Source of the DNA: Takakia lepidozioides | Taxonomy: Eukaryota > Plantae > Bryophyta | Assembly (NCBI GenBank): GCA_030704615.1 | Contig: JAKLZA010000169.1 | Coordinates: 1-23,000 of the forward strand | Reading direction: 5' to 3' | Length of the DNA stretch: 23,000 bases | Shown: positions 21,341 through 23,000 of the stretch, in pieces | Numbering within the stretch: position 1 is the first letter of the stretch | How the letters are laid out: each line of letters opens with the position of its first letter | The notes under the pieces: generated by a model | The model's database searches: none | What the model was told of the DNA's origin: nothing | Seen by the model: the letters and a program-made list of their open reading frames with translations, nothing else | Position numbers and translations under genes: made by a program

Positions 21341-23000
21341 TCTAAAAATTCCATAGATTTTTAGCAGAGTCCCAAAAACAAAAACCAGGTCTAGATAGGT
21401 AGATTTCCCTTTCTGCAGCTATCCCCCCAAAAACTGAGTCAAACGAGCCATTTGACAAAGATATGACCAATTTGGCTTTAAATCATTTAATTAGATCAAA
21501 GGGTTTTTTTTAAAGGTTTTCAAATTTAAAAATTTAAAGTTACACCCAAAATATCTGGTAACTGGTTCCCGGTTCCTAAGTTCTATATGGTTTCCTAGGT
21601 TTCCCTGGCCACGTGCCCTATAATTTCTAGATTTCAGTTGTGTTTACAAATGCACCCCCCACAGCTCTTGGTTACCAGTGACCTGCTCTCCTCCAGTCGA
21701 GATCCGTAGCTATGCGAGCCTTAATCCTTTGCACCAATATTCCCAACAAAAGCAAGAGCACTTACAATGCAACCCCGGAAAGCACCAGAGCTAACTAGCT
21801 TGATCAAGAACGCTTACAGCCCTTCATGCGTGCTGATTTTTCAAGGTGACAACAACAGATCTGCTATCACTGATTGTGTAAGCCTTTACATGGAGTTGGC
21901 ACAGGCTGCCCTCAAGTTTGAATTGTAAACATAGACCAAGCAGGTCGTGTAGTGAGCTGGGCCCCTTCAGCTCATATCCCGCTCATACACAAGTGTCACT
22001 GGTGAGTCCACAGTCTCCCACTCTCATACTCTCCAGTAAAGATTGCCTGAGGCTTGCTGTTGCAAATGGCGTAAGTGCAGCAACTTGTTGTGCTGGCTCA
22101 ATGTGGAGTTCAGCTGCATTAACCATCTTTACAAGGCCATGCACAGGCTCATGTAAAAATTGCCAAGCTATAGTTCAAAGAACCACAAAGAAAAGCTGCT
22201 GTGGCCAGCTTGACCAACCACGAGGCACAAGGCGCTAGTCCCAACTTTCACTATTGGCTGGAAAGATTGCCAACCATTCTTTCACCACAACCTTAGAAAT
22301 CTTCATCAGGTGTGTGAATTAATGCTTCAGGGGCTCAAAAGTACTGAGTACTGGCTGGCAGGAAGTTGCAATGCCCCACATCAAGGTGGCCTGTAAGCAC
22401 TGCACCACGAGCTTCTCTTCAACAGTGCGCGGGTGTCCAACTGCCCTCATGCCTTCTGCACTCCAGCCATCTCGAGCCACAAAACCCATTCCACTAGAAG
22501 CAACACTCAACCAACGAAGTGACAATGGAAGGCTACACAGATGGTACGCCGAGATCAGCGACATGCATCTCTCTGACAAACAGTTCTTTGCAACGGAGCG
22601 CGCCTACCAAACTCGCTCTGCGCAGAATCTGCCAACGATCAATGACACACATGCCCAGGCGCTCCAGCAACACAAACTCCTGTGACAACCAACCGTCAGA
22701 CCACCAGATTATCCTCCGCTCTGCAACACCTACGCCACCTGGTGCTCTTGGCTAACAACCCAGGTATCAAACGAGCACCGAGTGCGCTCAACAGTGATCC
22801 AGCTCCCACTCTGATCCAAAAGTACGCTACGCCAGGCCCCTCACAACACATGGACACCTCCGTTCACCGATCACTGCCTTTACTAAGCACGGTAGCAAAC
22901 TATGGTCTGGACTTCTCAAAATCGAGCTCCTCCACCTGCGACTGATGGCATTGTGCTCTTAAGACAACCGCGCCTTTGTTATGGAGATGGCCTTGGCGAT

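Noticed and set aside
22371-22945. Plus-strand ORFs 22371-22685 and 22682-22945 as a gene
   Set aside because: No recognisable domain, and the coding strand cannot be determined by eye

Overview
Eukaryotic, repeat-rich window, most likely from a non-seed land plant such as a moss (inferred from a tRNA-iMet-primed plant chromovirus next to KP4 killer-toxin-like genes). Left to right: (1) a full-length Ty3/Gypsy chromovirus (130-7081, Galadriel-like) with ~718-bp LTRs, PBS, gag-PR-RT-RH-INT-chromodomain and no matching target-site duplication; (2) a spliced, truncated beta-class N6-adenine/N4-cytosine DNA methyltransferase-like gene (7082-8220), probably on a DNA transposon whose end interrupts (3) a KP4 pseudogene (8373-8781), followed by a second, nearly intact KP4-like gene (9292-9750); (4) AT-rich DNA with a diverged solo LTR (~11334-12037); (5) a large minus-strand Ty3/Gypsy element (12058 to >19940, 5' end not seen). 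Its polyprotein has a complete C5-cytosine DNA methyltransferase between protease and RT and a PHD-finger remnant after integrase, and it ends in an unusual A-B-A terminal repeat. Many frameshifts are single-base losses in homopolymers and may be long-read consensus errors. All identifications are by eye from motifs; no database searches were run.
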